From contig JBEKYR010000011.1 of NCBI GenBank assembly GCA_049510745.1, positions 64,001 through 128,000 on the forward strand: DNA of 64,000 nucleotides. Reading direction: 5' to 3'. Origin of the DNA: Verrucomicrobiota bacterium (lineage in GTDB: Bacteria > Verrucomicrobiota > Verrucomicrobiia > Limisphaerales > Palsa-1400). A program made the translations under genes and the position numbers. A model generated the notes under the pieces. That model ran no database searches, was not told the origin of the DNA, and saw only the letters and a list, made by a program, of their open reading frames with translations. Positions 27,124-36,902 of this stretch are shown here, piece after piece; the stretch's first letter is position 1, and each line of letters starts with the position of its first letter.

Positions 27124-29964
27124 CTACTGATTTTTTATAGGCGAAGGCGGCGGTTCCGGCAGGGCGATGGCTTGGTCTGTTTCGGCTTCAAGTTCGTCAA
27201 GTTGGATGAGCACCCTCTCCCAGCGGGAGGCGCCCAGCGATAAGGCGGCGCCGTCTTTGGCGCTGTACTCCTGGCCGGGAGCAATGACGGTGGTTCCTTT
27301 TCGACTGAAGGTCCGAAGCGGGGTCACCGATAGTTTATCGGCAGAATCAGGTCCGGGGGCGGTGATCATGTAGCAGCCCAAGCCGCCGCCTTCGATGACG
27401 GAACGGCCGGCGGCATCGCTGATCTCAAGGGTGTTGCCCGGCACCAAGGCGCGCACGACGGTGAAGATGCGGCCGTTGCAGAGTTGGAGCACTGTCTCGG
27501 TAACGGGAACACCATTTTGGCTGCCTTCGGAGAGTTTGGCGATTTTCATCTGGCTTTCCGGGGCCAAGCGCACGGTGGTGCCTGCTCTTCTGATGAAGAA
27601 GTCGCCCCAGCTTTTTTCGCCGGTCCGGATAATGGCGCCTTCCCCAAGAACGTGGTGAAGACGGAGCCTGTGGAAATTAGTTCCGTCATCGGAACCGAGG
27701 CATTGTCCATGGACCAATAGAACGGTGACGTTGCGGGGCGAGGAGGGCGCGGGGTCCGGGGCCAGGGTGGCGGGCAATTCTCCAGGAAAGTTTTCCAAGT
27801 CCGGCTCCTGGTATTCATCGCTGAGTTTGGAACTGGCGAGCCAGGGTGCGCTTGGATTCCAGAGGCCGGCATCGTTGCGGGCCTCCAAATCTTCCTTTTG
27901 CCGGTTAAGATTTGCGATTTGATTGGTCAGATCGTAGAGCAAGTTGCTCCATTGGGCGAGGCGGGATTCGGCCTGGGCTTTCTCGCGATTGAGCTGAGTA
28001 ATCCGGGATCGGAAGTCGGTTTGCTCGCCAGCGAGCCTGGAATTCTGCTCCTTGGCGTCCCGGGTTTCCAGTTCTTGTTCGCGGGTCTGTTGAGCCAACG
28101 CCAGGAGGTTTGATTCCTTGAGCGCGAGGCTTGACTCGGCGAGCGAGAGTTTATTATTTGCCGACCGGAAGGTTTTTTTGGCCGCGGCGAGGTTGGAGAT
28201 GAATTGTTGGAGTTCCACCTCTGCTTGCTGTCGTTGAAGCTCCTTAAGAGACGTGACGAGTATGACGGCCACAATGATGATCAACAGCAGACCGAGGCCG
28301 AGCGTCAGATATTGCAAAGGTCCTGCCACGGGGTCCCCGGCCCGTGCCAGGAACGGCGCTTGGCGGGGAGGTTCGGACTTTTGCGCGGGGAGTTCCTTTT
28401 CTTCCGGTGGCCGGCGTTCTTCCTGGTCCGTGGAATGGGATTGCGCCGCCGGCGCCGCGTTCCGCGCTTTGTCCCCGCGCTGGAAGAAATCTTCAAGAAT
28501 GCGACCGGCCGAGGCGTCAACAAGCTCTGCGGTGATCAGGCCGGCTCCAGGCTGCCCCTGGGGCGGGCGTTTGCGAGTCTCATTGAGTTGCTGGCAGAAA
28601 AAGCTGAGCAACGGCGGTTCAATGCGGAGTTTGTCCAATGGTTCGATGGCTCCGCCCGGCGCGGGCGATCTTGCGGACGAGGGCGGGGTTTCGCGTCCGA
28701 GGCGGCGGACTATCGTTTCAGCCAGGCTGTCGGGGTTGGCAGGATCGAAGAGGCGCCGGCCTGGACCGAGCACTGCCTGGAGGGCTTGCCATCCATTGAA
28801 TGGCTTGAGGAAAAAGTGGTTTTGGGTGATGGAAGGAATTTGTCCGCCGCGGGCGAGGAGTTGTGGAAGGTGGTCTTGACGCAGGCAGATCACCACCTTG
28901 AACCAGTGGCGCTTTGTTCCAGAGTCGGAGGACGGACGGTTGGGCGGGCTGATAGTTTCCCGGACGCGATTCCCGGCCAGATTCGCGATCTGGGTCCAGA
29001 GGGCTTCAACGTGGCCGCCAGCGGCGGGATCGGTGGCATCGAAAGCAAGGACGTCTTCAAACTGGTCGAAGATCAAGACGGGCAGGAGAAGGATCCGGTC
29101 GAAGGCAACCCAGCGCGAATTTTGCAGATAAAAATACTCCCAGAGGGTCTGGCCTTCACCGAAGGGCGCGCCGTCAATCTGGCGCTCTCGGAGAACGCGG
29201 TTGATGGCATCGCGCACTTGTTGGACTGGAGGCTCCGCGCCGGCGCATTGCAGGCGGAGATAGACCGGCTCCAATCTCATGCGGTCGAACAGCGGCTTGA
29301 GGCCGGCCCGCAAGAGAGAGCTTTTGCCGACGCCCGGCTGGCCCAGCACCACTGTGACGACTCCGCGTTCGAGTCGTTGCACCAGTTCAAGTTGTTCGTT
29401 CTCGCGTCCGAAAAAATAAGCGTGTTCGTTGGGCAAGAAGGAATCCAGCCCAGGCCACGGGTTGTCCGGTGTCAGCGGCATCCGATCCCTGGTTTCGGCC
29501 GAGGGCATTGGGATGCAAGAGCTTTTGATTCCATGGGTGGCGCGTTGGATTCTTGCTGTCAGATCGTTGAACAGTTCCCGGGAAGGCGGGTAAATGGTCA
29601 TGAAGTCGGCAGCCGATTCCCCGGAAGAACACCTGGAGCAAACCAGTTCCAGCAAAGCTGTGTTGGCGATCACTTTGAACGGACACCCTGCGCCGACGAT
29701 GATGGGGACTACTGCGCGCAGCACGTCGTCAGCGATTGCAGGATGAACAGAAAGACGGATTTCAAACCCGGCCACGGCGGGAGAAGTCTCTCCAGCCGGC
29801 CACAGATGGGTAAAAATGCCTTCCGACACTTTCCGCCATCGGTCTCCAGCGAATGTGGATAGAAGAGGGGTGAAACTGTGGGACCGGGGGCTGACCATGC
29901 GTTGCGGCTTTGCAGGGTCTGGGACGGCATCCACAAGGCAAATGTGAACTTCACCACTATTCAT
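27124..29964 (-). CDS. Chimeric protein: degenerate LanKC/LanL-type lyase-like domain, nSTAND1-type NTPase, TM helix, coiled coil, FecR-like domain
   Basis: GFEIRLS...PFK...FMTIYP (lyase-like); NPWPGL.SF, FFGRE.E, GQPGVGKSSLLRAGL (Walker A), LIFDQFED (Walker B); LTLGLGLLLIIIVAVILV; heptad region; IRTG....VRL.PES...L..GRI. Confidence 0.8.
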   Translation of the reverse strand: MNSGEVHICLVDAVPDPAKPQRMVSPRSHSFTPLLSTFAGDRWRKVSEGIFTHLWPAGETSPAVAGFEIRLSVHPAIADDVLRAVVPIIVGAGCPFKVIANTALLELVCSRCSSGESAADFMTIYPPSRELFNDLTARIQRATHGIKSSCIPMPSAETRDRMPLTPDNPWPGLDSFLPNEHAYFFGRENEQLELVQRLERGVVTVVLGQPGVGKSSLLRAGLKPLFDRMRLEPVYLRLQCAGAEPPVQQVRDAINRVLRERQIDGAPFGEGQTLWEYFYLQNSRWVAFDRILLLPVLIFDQFEDVLAFDATDPAAGGHVEALWTQIANLAGNRVRETISPPNRPSSDSGTKRHWFKVVICLRQDHLPQLLARGGQIPSITQNHFFLKPFNGWQALQAVLGPGRRLFDPANPDSLAETIVRRLGRETPPSSARSPAPGGAIEPLDKLRIEPPLLSFFCQQLNETRKRPPQGQPGAGLITAELVDASAGRILEDFFQRGDKARNAAPAAQSHSTDQEERRPPEEKELPAQKSEPPRQAPFLARAGDPVAGPLQYLTLGLGLLLIIIVAVILVTSLKELQRQQAEVELQQFISNLAAAKKTFRSANNKLSLAESSLALKESNLLALAQQTREQELETRDAKEQNSRLAGEQTDFRSRITQLNREKAQAESRLAQWSNLLYDLTNQIANLNRQKEDLEARNDAGLWNPSAPWLASSKLSDEYQEPDLENFPGELPATLAPDPAPSSPRNVTVLLVHGQCLGSDDGTNFHRLRLHHVLGEGAIIRTGEKSWGDFFIRRAGTTVRLAPESQMKIAKLSEGSQNGVPVTETVLQLCNGRIFTVVRALVPGNTLEISDAAGRSVIEGGGLGCYMITAPGPDSADKLSVTPLRTFSRKGTTVIAPGQEYSAKDGAALSLGASRWERVLIQLDELEAETDQAIALPEPPPSPIKNQ

Positions 29965-30125
29965 GGTATCGTCGTGCAAGAAATAATTTATGAAAGCGCC
30001 GGTGTATGCAAGAGAAATCGGACAAGCGCAGGCGGATTGCCTGAGGCGCAACCCTATTCCTCCGAAACGGCGCGGAATGAACCGGGAAACATCGATGGCG
30101 ACGCGTGAACGGCGTTCAATGCACC

Positions 30126-32258
30126 TCAATTTTCAGCGAGGATTTTTTGCAATTCGCGATGGTTGACTTTGCCGGTGCCCAGTTTCGGGATGTCATGCAC
30201 AAATTTGACCTCGCGCGGGGCGTAGAGGTTGCTCAGGCCTTTGGCTTTGATCGCGGCGCGGATTTCGTCCAGGGTCAGTTTCGGCTCGTTCGAGACGGCG
30301 ACCAGGGCTTCGCCGCGGTCGGGATCGGGGCGGGAGAGGACGGCGACCTGGAAGCGCAGGCCGTATTGGGGAAAAGCGCCGGCCAGCGCCTCCTCGGCGG
30401 CGGTCAGGCTGACCATTTCCCCGCTGACCTTGGCAAAGCGTTTGAGGCGGCCCAGGATGTAGAGGAAACCGTCTTCGTCCACGCGGGCGATGTCGCCGGT
30501 GTCGTACCAGCCGCCCTGCGCCTGGAAGAGGGCGTTGGGTTCGGGGTTCAAATAGCCGCGCATGATGTTGGGGCCGCGCAACCAGAGGCGCCCGCCCTCG
30601 GGCACGCCTTGGACCGGCTCGAATTTGTATTCGATGCCCGGCAGGAATCTTCCGGCGGAGCCAAAACGCGGGGAAACGCCGGAGTTCATCGTGATGGCCG
30701 GGCTGCATTCGGTCGCGCCGTAACCTTCGAGCACGCGGACGCCGTATTGGCGCGCCCAGGCGTTGGCGGTGACTTCCTGCAATTTCTCCGCGCCGGCGAT
30801 GAGCAGGCGCAAGGAGCGGAAATCATACGGGTTGGCCTTGCGCGCGTAGCCGTTGAGGAAGGTGTTGGTGCCGAAGAAAATCGTGCAATCCAGATCGTAA
30901 AAGAGCGTCGGAATGACGCGATAACGCAGCGGCGACGGATAGAGAAAAGTGAAAATGCCCCGCGCCAGCGGCAGGAGCAAGCCGAGCAAGCCAAAGCTGT
31001 GAAACAGAGGCAGGGCGTTGAAGAACCGGTCGCCATCCGTCAAATCGAGCACCGCCAGCACTTGGCGGATGTTGGCCAGCAGATTCCCGTGCGACAGCGC
31101 AACGCCCTTGGGCGGCCCTTCGGAACCGCTGGTGAAGAGAATGACGGCGGTGTCCTCGCGCCGCCCGGCGCCGGCGATGGATTCCGGCCGGAAAAGGGCG
31201 GCGGCCAGCGCCCGCCATTGCGCCCCGCGCGAAATGCCCGCGCGCACGTCCTCCAGATAAATAAACGTGATGCCCGCGTCCACCATCGGCTGGAGGTTTA
31301 ACCTGGCCCGCTCCAAAAACAGCCTGGAGGTGATAATTTGTTTGACGCCCGCCAATTGCGCGCACGCCAGCATGGTGGGCACGCCGCTGGAAAAATTGAA
31401 AATGGCGGGAACGCGGTCCGCCGACCACAGACTCAGCAGCGTGAGCGGGACGGCGTTGGAATTGGGCAGCAGGACGCCGACGTGTGCGCCGGGTTCGGAG
31501 GAGAGCAACGCGCGCCAGCGGGCCGCCAGGGCGGCCGTGCCGGCCAGCAAGCGGCGGTAGTTGAGCCGTTGGCGGGAAACATCCTGCAGCACCACCGCCG
31601 AGGGCCAGAGGCGGGCGGAGCGGACGATCTCGCCCAAGACAGTGGAGGCCGCGAGGGGCATCTCGACGGCAAATTGCTGTTGCACCATGATGTCCTGCAG
31701 CCAGCGGGTCAACTTCTGGCGGGCGCGCGTGGTGCTGATCCCGGTCAATTGGGGCGGGGTGAGAAGGTCGCTGAAGTGGGCGGAGACGGTCGGGAAGCAT
31801 TGTTTGCGGTTGGGATTGGGCGAGAAAGGCAGGCGCTGGACGCCGCGTAAATAGCAGGTGATGAGGCGGGCGTTGGTCTTGAAGAGGAGGAAGCCGGTGC
31901 CGTCGAAAAGTTTCATGAGCGAGCCGGTGCGGGAAAGGCGGCCTTCGGGGAAGAGGACCAGTTTTCCGCCGGCCTGGAGGAATTCCGCCATGCGTTTGAC
32001 AGCATAAGGGGAATCGGTTTCGACCGGGAAGGTGAAGCGGTTGAGCATGAGAGCGCGATGCACCCAACTGGTCTGGGCGGCTTCCTTGGAGGTGACGAAG
32101 CGCCAGCGGTCGTCCAGGCAGACGATGAGAAAGAGCCAATCGAGCCAGGAAGCGTGGTTGGGCAGGAGGATGACCGGGCCGGGCGCGCCGAGGGCGGCCA
32201 CATTCTCGGCGCGAAACCGGAAGAGAACCCGCAAGAGGAAACGAAGGAGGGTTTTCAT
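30126..32258 (-). CDS. aas: Bifunctional lysophospholipid acyltransferase / acyl-ACP synthetase
   Basis: PNH.S.LD and FPEGR (acyltransferase), FTSGSEG.PKG, EGYG.TE, WYDTGD, GR.KRFAK..GEM (AMP-binding). Confidence 0.92.
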   Translation of the reverse strand: MKTLLRFLLRVLFRFRAENVAALGAPGPVILLPNHASWLDWLFLIVCLDDRWRFVTSKEAAQTSWVHRALMLNRFTFPVETDSPYAVKRMAEFLQAGGKLVLFPEGRLSRTGSLMKLFDGTGFLLFKTNARLITCYLRGVQRLPFSPNPNRKQCFPTVSAHFSDLLTPPQLTGISTTRARQKLTRWLQDIMVQQQFAVEMPLAASTVLGEIVRSARLWPSAVVLQDVSRQRLNYRRLLAGTAALAARWRALLSSEPGAHVGVLLPNSNAVPLTLLSLWSADRVPAIFNFSSGVPTMLACAQLAGVKQIITSRLFLERARLNLQPMVDAGITFIYLEDVRAGISRGAQWRALAAALFRPESIAGAGRREDTAVILFTSGSEGPPKGVALSHGNLLANIRQVLAVLDLTDGDRFFNALPLFHSFGLLGLLLPLARGIFTFLYPSPLRYRVIPTLFYDLDCTIFFGTNTFLNGYARKANPYDFRSLRLLIAGAEKLQEVTANAWARQYGVRVLEGYGATECSPAITMNSGVSPRFGSAGRFLPGIEYKFEPVQGVPEGGRLWLRGPNIMRGYLNPEPNALFQAQGGWYDTGDIARVDEDGFLYILGRLKRFAKVSGEMVSLTAAEEALAGAFPQYGLRFQVAVLSRPDPDRGEALVAVSNEPKLTLDEIRAAIKAKGLSNLYAPREVKFVHDIPKLGTGKVNHRELQKILAEN

Positions 32259-33667
32259 GTTGAGAGTTGGGCAGGCTCTGGCCCGCGCGAAAAGAAATCC
32301 ACGGAAAGCCACAGGATCAGCGCGACTGTGACGGCGACCGAGACCGGTGCCAACAACCGGTCCGGCGGCAGGCGGCCTCGCGTCGGCAACTCAAGCCGGG
32401 CCGAGAGCAAGGCCGCCTGGCCCGGAAAGGGCGCGGATGCCACGACGCGGCCATTCGGTTGGGCAAATTGCGAGACGCCCGAACTGCAGAGTCGAAAAAC
32501 CGGAACCGCATACTCGGCCGCCCGCATAGGGGCCACCCGCCCATGCAGTTCATGCTCATGCTTCCCCCAATCGACGGGGTCCATCGTCGGGAAAATCAAT
32601 GCCTGGGCGCCCTGCCGAATCAGTTCGTCGGTGACTCGCGTGTAGCTGGCATCGTAACAGATGCAAAAGCCAAGTTTGCCCCACGGCGAATTCCAGACGT
32701 GTTGTTCGCGGGCCGGCAGGCCGTCCTTCATAAACTGTATAGGCACGCACTTGGCTTGCTGGAAAACGACGGCGCCATTAGGCCCCACGACGAATGCGGT
32801 ATTGTAATACTGTATTGGGGAGATCGGATCTTTCCCGCCAGCCACCAGCCATTTCCGGTGGTCCTTGCACCAATCCCGAATCGATTGCGGGATTGGTCCG
32901 TCGAAGGTGTATTCGCTGAGCACAAACAGGTCGGTTTGGGGAAATCTCTTGAGCGCGCCGTTCAATGCCGATCTTGCCTCCAGCGGGGCGGGGAACTCCA
33001 ATTGCACTCCGGTCACGTTCAACACTGTGGAGGCCCGGCTGCGATAAGCCGTGGGCAGGGCGGGCAAAGCTGAGACGGCAGCCAGGGCGATTCCACAGAC
33101 CATGCGCGCGGCTTTGGACAACTGGGGAAAAACGTGCAGAAAGGCAGCCCAAGCCATGAGCAGAAAGCCAATGCCGTACACCCCGTATCCGGCGATAAAA
33201 TGCAACCAAGCCGAATGGGAAAAGACGTAACCGGCGTTCAGCCAGGAAAAACGCAAATAATAGAGTTCGCTGCGGAAATACTCCAATCCGGTCCAAAGGA
33301 ACGGCGCGACACAGGCCCAGGCAATGGGTCCGAATCGGAACAGGCACGCTCTGCCAATCAAGAGAAACAGTCCGAGCCAAGCCGACGGGACGCACCACAG
33401 GGTAATGGCCGCCTTGCCAAAAATGGTCCAGAAAAACCCCAGATGAGGCGCATACGCTGCAAGCCCGATGCCGAACCCAAAATAGAAGGCCAACCGGCAA
33501 GTCGAAAGACCGGCGAGTCGAAACAGGCAGTAGAGAAAAATCCCGATGCACCAGTGGCTCCAAGTGAACAGGTAGGCCAGGTGGAACGCCGCCAGCGCCG
33601 CCAGCGCCAGCAAGAAGGCCGATGACAGTTGCAACGGCTTATTTGGTATTGACGTCGATGCGATCAT
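32255..33667 (-). CDS. lnt: Apolipoprotein N-acyltransferase-like protein (TM region plus C-N hydrolase domain); exact start uncertain
   Basis: W...EY.RS, GVYG..F, and nitrilase triad LSE / YNTA..K..P / ICYD; R.AE motif. Confidence 0.75.
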   Translation of the reverse strand: MIASTSIPNKPLQLSSAFLLALAALAAFHLAYLFTWSHWCIGIFLYCLFRLAGLSTCRLAFYFGFGIGLAAYAPHLGFFWTIFGKAAITLWCVPSAWLGLFLLIGRACLFRFGPIAWACVAPFLWTGLEYFRSELYYLRFSWLNAGYVFSHSAWLHFIAGYGVYGIGFLLMAWAAFLHVFPQLSKAARMVCGIALAAVSALPALPTAYRSRASTVLNVTGVQLEFPAPLEARSALNGALKRFPQTDLFVLSEYTFDGPIPQSIRDWCKDHRKWLVAGGKDPISPIQYYNTAFVVGPNGAVVFQQAKCVPIQFMKDGLPAREQHVWNSPWGKLGFCICYDASYTRVTDELIRQGAQALIFPTMDPVDWGKHEHELHGRVAPMRAAEYAVPVFRLCSSGVSQFAQPNGRVVASAPFPGQAALLSARLELPTRGRLPPDRLLAPVSVAVTVALILWLSVDFFSRGPEPAQLST

Positions 33668-34910
33668 GCAAGCCGGCTTCCGGGATTTTCAGAAAGAGGG
33701 TGACGACGGCGACAAAGGCGGCCAGGGCCAGAAAAAGTTCGGAGGGATTGAAGCCGACCTTGACATCCAGGAAGGCGATGAGGCTGCCGCTGAGCATGGC
33801 GAGGTTCTCGAATCCGTTTTGCGTGGCAATCGTCTTGCCGAGCTTGTCCTTGTGCGACTCGGCCTGCAAGGCGGCATTGAGCGGGATGAGAAAGAGACCC
33901 GCCATCAAGCCGGTCAGAATCAGGAGCGCGACGGCCAGGGTCAGGGGATAGTCGATTCCCCGGTCAAGGAACCAGCCAATGGACGCCAAGACGGCGATGC
34001 CGGCGGAGAGAAGCCAGCCGTAACGCCGGGTGGCGCGCAAATCGCCAACGGGATAGAGCTGGCCGGCCAGCACACTGCCGGCCATGGTGCCCAAACCGAG
34101 CCACAAGCCGAGCAGGCTGATTTGCGTCATGGTCTTCAATTTCAATACCTGCTGGCCCCAAGGTTGGAAATTCATTTTGAGGACCGCGCCGCAGACCCAG
34201 AACAGAGCCGTGCCCACCAGAACGCGCGCCAGGCGCCTTTGGGAAAAAAGATCGGCCAGATTGCGGAAGAACTGCCCGACGCTGTTCTTGAAACGCACGT
34301 CGCGGTAGGAAGGGGTGCGGGACATCAGCAGGTTCAAAGCGAGGGAAAGGGCATAAACGATGACCGTGATGGAATAGCAGGCGGAGAGCGGCAGGTGGTC
34401 AAAGGCGACGGCGCCGCCGAAGTAGCCCGTCAAGATGGCGACGACGGTGAGGAGTTCCATCATGCCGTTGGCTTTGACGAGGCGCTCGGCGGGGAGGATT
34501 TCCGGGAGGATGCCGTACTTGGCCGGCGAATAGAGGCAGGCGCCGATGCCCACAATAAAATAGCCTGCCGCCAGCCAGCCCTGGCCGGAGAACGTGCTCA
34601 GGGCGGTGAGGGCGGCGCCGGTCAATTTGACGGCATTGCCGCCGATGAGCCATCGGTTCTTGGAAAAGCGGTCGTTGAAGTAGCCGGCAAACGGGGCCAG
34701 CAGGACGTACGGGACAAAGAGAAGGCTGGTGTAAAAGATGTTGGCGATGCTCTGCGCCTCGGCGGTGATTTTCCCGTTCTTGAACTGTGTCAAGAACGGC
34801 CCCAGGATGATCATCAGGATGAGGTTGTCGCCGAAGGCGCTGAGGAACTGGCTGGCCAGCAGCAACGGGTAGTTGCGGCGGCTGCCGTTCTGGGCAGAGG
34901 GCTGGTCCAC
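33639..34910 (-). CDS. lplT: MFS lysophospholipid transporter
   Basis: QFLSAFGDN, YSPAKYGILPE, LVKANG..E, P.NA.LQ, IA.QN..EN..ML. Confidence 0.85.
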   Translation of the reverse strand: MDQPSAQNGSRRNYPLLLASQFLSAFGDNLILMIILGPFLTQFKNGKITAEAQSIANIFYTSLLFVPYVLLAPFAGYFNDRFSKNRWLIGGNAVKLTGAALTALSTFSGQGWLAAGYFIVGIGACLYSPAKYGILPEILPAERLVKANGMMELLTVVAILTGYFGGAVAFDHLPLSACYSITVIVYALSLALNLLMSRTPSYRDVRFKNSVGQFFRNLADLFSQRRLARVLVGTALFWVCGAVLKMNFQPWGQQVLKLKTMTQISLLGLWLGLGTMAGSVLAGQLYPVGDLRATRRYGWLLSAGIAVLASIGWFLDRGIDYPLTLAVALLILTGLMAGLFLIPLNAALQAESHKDKLGKTIATQNGFENLAMLSGSLIAFLDVKVGFNPSELFLALAAFVAVVTLFLKIPEAGLHDRIDVNTK

Positions 34911-35032
34911 GGAGATTGGTTAACGCGGCGCGGCCAATCTGGCCACATAAAAATGGCATTGTCCGGCCGGTGGTTTTTGCTATGTTGGCCTTATGGCAGG
35001 CGTGATCGAAAAACAAACCCCGTAAACGGCAA

Positions 35033-35344
35033 ATGAACCATCAGAAAATAGACCAACGCAGCCTGGCGATGGCCAAGGCCATCGTCGAAAAGATCGACCG
35101 CGATCCGGCCCGCGCGGGCGTGGGCAAGGCCAAAGCCACCTGCCAACGATGGTATCGGGAGCACCCCGGACCGGCCCTTGGGGAGTGGCTGCATATTCTT
35201 GAGCGGTCGTGGGAGGAGATTCGCCGGGTATTACTGGAGGAGTCTGAAGAAGGAAAGCGGCTGCGGCAAAGTGGGCCGTTTTGCGGAGTTTTGACCCCGC
35301 AGGAGCGGTGGGCAATTTACCGGGCATTTCATGAAAAGATCTGA
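35033..35344 (+). CDS. Small helical protein, putative antitoxin partner
   Basis: D.RSL....I, W..IL, LRQS.PF.GVL...ER motif; overlaps the nucleotidyltransferase gene. Confidence 0.65.
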   Translation: MNHQKIDQRSLAMAKAIVEKIDRDPARAGVGKAKATCQRWYREHPGPALGEWLHILERSWEEIRRVLLEESEEGKRLRQSGPFCGVLTPQERWAIYRAFHEKI

Positions 35345-35858
35345 TCTTGAGCATTTGATCCGCGCCGCAGGCAGCATCGCCAATGTCCGGGAACTGATTA
35401 TCATTGGAAGCCAGGCGATTCTCGGCAGCTTCCCCTGCCCGCCCCCGGAAGCCGCGGTTTCGCAGGAGGCGGACTTGTGGCCGCCTGACGCGCCGGAGAA
35501 GGCTGATCTCATCGACGGCTCCATCGGCGAGGGGTCACCGTTTCATGAGACCTTTGGTTACTACGGCCACGGCGTCGGAATGGACACGGCGGTTTTGCCG
35601 TCCAAATGGAAGTCCCGTCTGGTGCGTCTTCAAAACGAGAATACCAATCAAATTGCGGGGCTTTGTTTATCTCCGGTGGACATTGTGGTCAGCAAACTCG
35701 CGGCGGGCCGGGAGAAGGACTTGAACTACGTCCGCGCGCTGTTTAAACACCGGCTGCTCCAGCCCGCTGCGGTGGAAGCGGTATTCCCGGAATTGAACTC
35801 ATCGACACTTGAGCTAATCAAGCCGCGATTGCTCCGTTGCGTTGCGGCAGCGCGGTGA
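35331..35858 (+). CDS. DUF6036-like nucleotidyltransferase (putative TA toxin)
   Basis: LEH.IRAA, IIGSQAILG, S.EAD, GS..S.FH.TFGYY, SKL.AGREKD. Confidence 0.78.
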   Translation: MKRSDLEHLIRAAGSIANVRELIIIGSQAILGSFPCPPPEAAVSQEADLWPPDAPEKADLIDGSIGEGSPFHETFGYYGHGVGMDTAVLPSKWKSRLVRLQNENTNQIAGLCLSPVDIVVSKLAAGREKDLNYVRALFKHRLLQPAAVEAVFPELNSSTLELIKPRLLRCVAAAR

Positions 35859-35882
35859 CTCGGAAAAGGCCGCAGGGCCGGG

Positions 35883-36902
35883 TCATGGTTGGTTGGCTGG
35901 ATCACGAGGATAGCTAGCGCCGGGCCGCTGGCTACCGGGCGATTCGATGTAGAACAGGCCCGCAAGGCAAGTCTTCTCGGCGTCCGGCAGGGAGAGAAAG
36001 ATTTTGCCGGGAATCCAGCCGTTGGACGGCTGGCCCAGCTCCAGTTGCATGGCGTAACCCGAGCTGAAGGCCTTTTGCAGCGGCGCGGAACCAGCGTTGG
36101 GCTGCCAGCGTTTGACGACCTGCGGCGTGCCTTTGCCCCTGGTTTCCCTGGAGACGCTCCACGCGCGGCCCAGCACGGTTTCACCGGCGTTGACGTTCAG
36201 GAAAATGAAAACCGCGGGGTCGGCCGCGGTGTCGCCCTGCCGCAAGCTCAAGATGACCGCGCTGCCGGAGGGTTGAAGGCGCGCGGCCTGAACGACAAAG
36301 TTCGCGCCGGCAATGCCGCCGTTGGCGCGTCCTTCGGGAATTTTTGCGGCGGGCAGGTCCAGCGTCCATTGCGCCGGGAGGAGCGGCAATTTCTCAGCCG
36401 GGTTGGGCGGCGGGGCGTCCGGTTCCAGCTTCATGCCGGCGGCGGGGCCTCCGCGCCGCTTCAAGCCCCGGTTGACTATGCCGGCGGCCATGTGCTCCGG
36501 CTCAGTCTTGTCAAGCATTACGTAGAGATTGGCGATGTGGGTCAGTTCGCCGCCGTCGGACTTGGCGGCAATCTGGCGCTGTTTCTCGTTGAAACGTTTT
36601 TGGAACGCATCCGCCCATCCCAGTCCGAAATAGAACAAGACGCCAAAGGCGAGCAGGCCGGCGCCGATGGCGGCGAGCTTTCTGGCGGAGTATCCTGACG
36701 GCTGCGCGTGGCGAGGGGCCGTGGGACGCGGCTGGGGCCGGGCCGCGGCCGGCGGCGGGGCGGCGGGCGGCTCCGGGGAAGCGAGTTCGGGAACGATCAT
36801 GCTTCCTTGGCAGGATGGGCAGGGAATTTGCTGGCCGCTCCAGCGTTGGTCGCACTGGATGGTTTGGCCGCAGTGAGGGCAGGAGAATTTGAATTCAGCC
36901 AT
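35883..36902 (-). CDS. Zinc-ribbon, Pro-rich, single-TM hypothetical protein
   Basis: FKFSCPHCGQ...CPSCQ, Pro-rich linker, one TM helix, beta-rich C-terminal domain. Confidence 0.78.
   Translation of the reverse strand: MAEFKFSCPHCGQTIQCDQRWSGQQIPCPSCQGSMIVPELASPEPPAAPPPAAARPQPRPTAPRHAQPSGYSARKLAAIGAGLLAFGVLFYFGLGWADAFQKRFNEKQRQIAAKSDGGELTHIANLYVMLDKTEPEHMAAGIVNRGLKRRGGPAAGMKLEPDAPPPNPAEKLPLLPAQWTLDLPAAKIPEGRANGGIAGANFVVQAARLQPSGSAVILSLRQGDTAADPAVFIFLNVNAGETVLGRAWSVSRETRGKGTPQVVKRWQPNAGSAPLQKAFSSGYAMQLELGQPSNGWIPGKIFLSLPDAEKTCLAGLFYIESPGSQRPGASYPRDPANQP

Noticed and set aside
27124..30129. A lanthipeptide biosynthetic cluster
   Set aside because: Only a degenerate lyase-like fragment is present; no kinase, cyclase, precursor peptide, protease or exporter.
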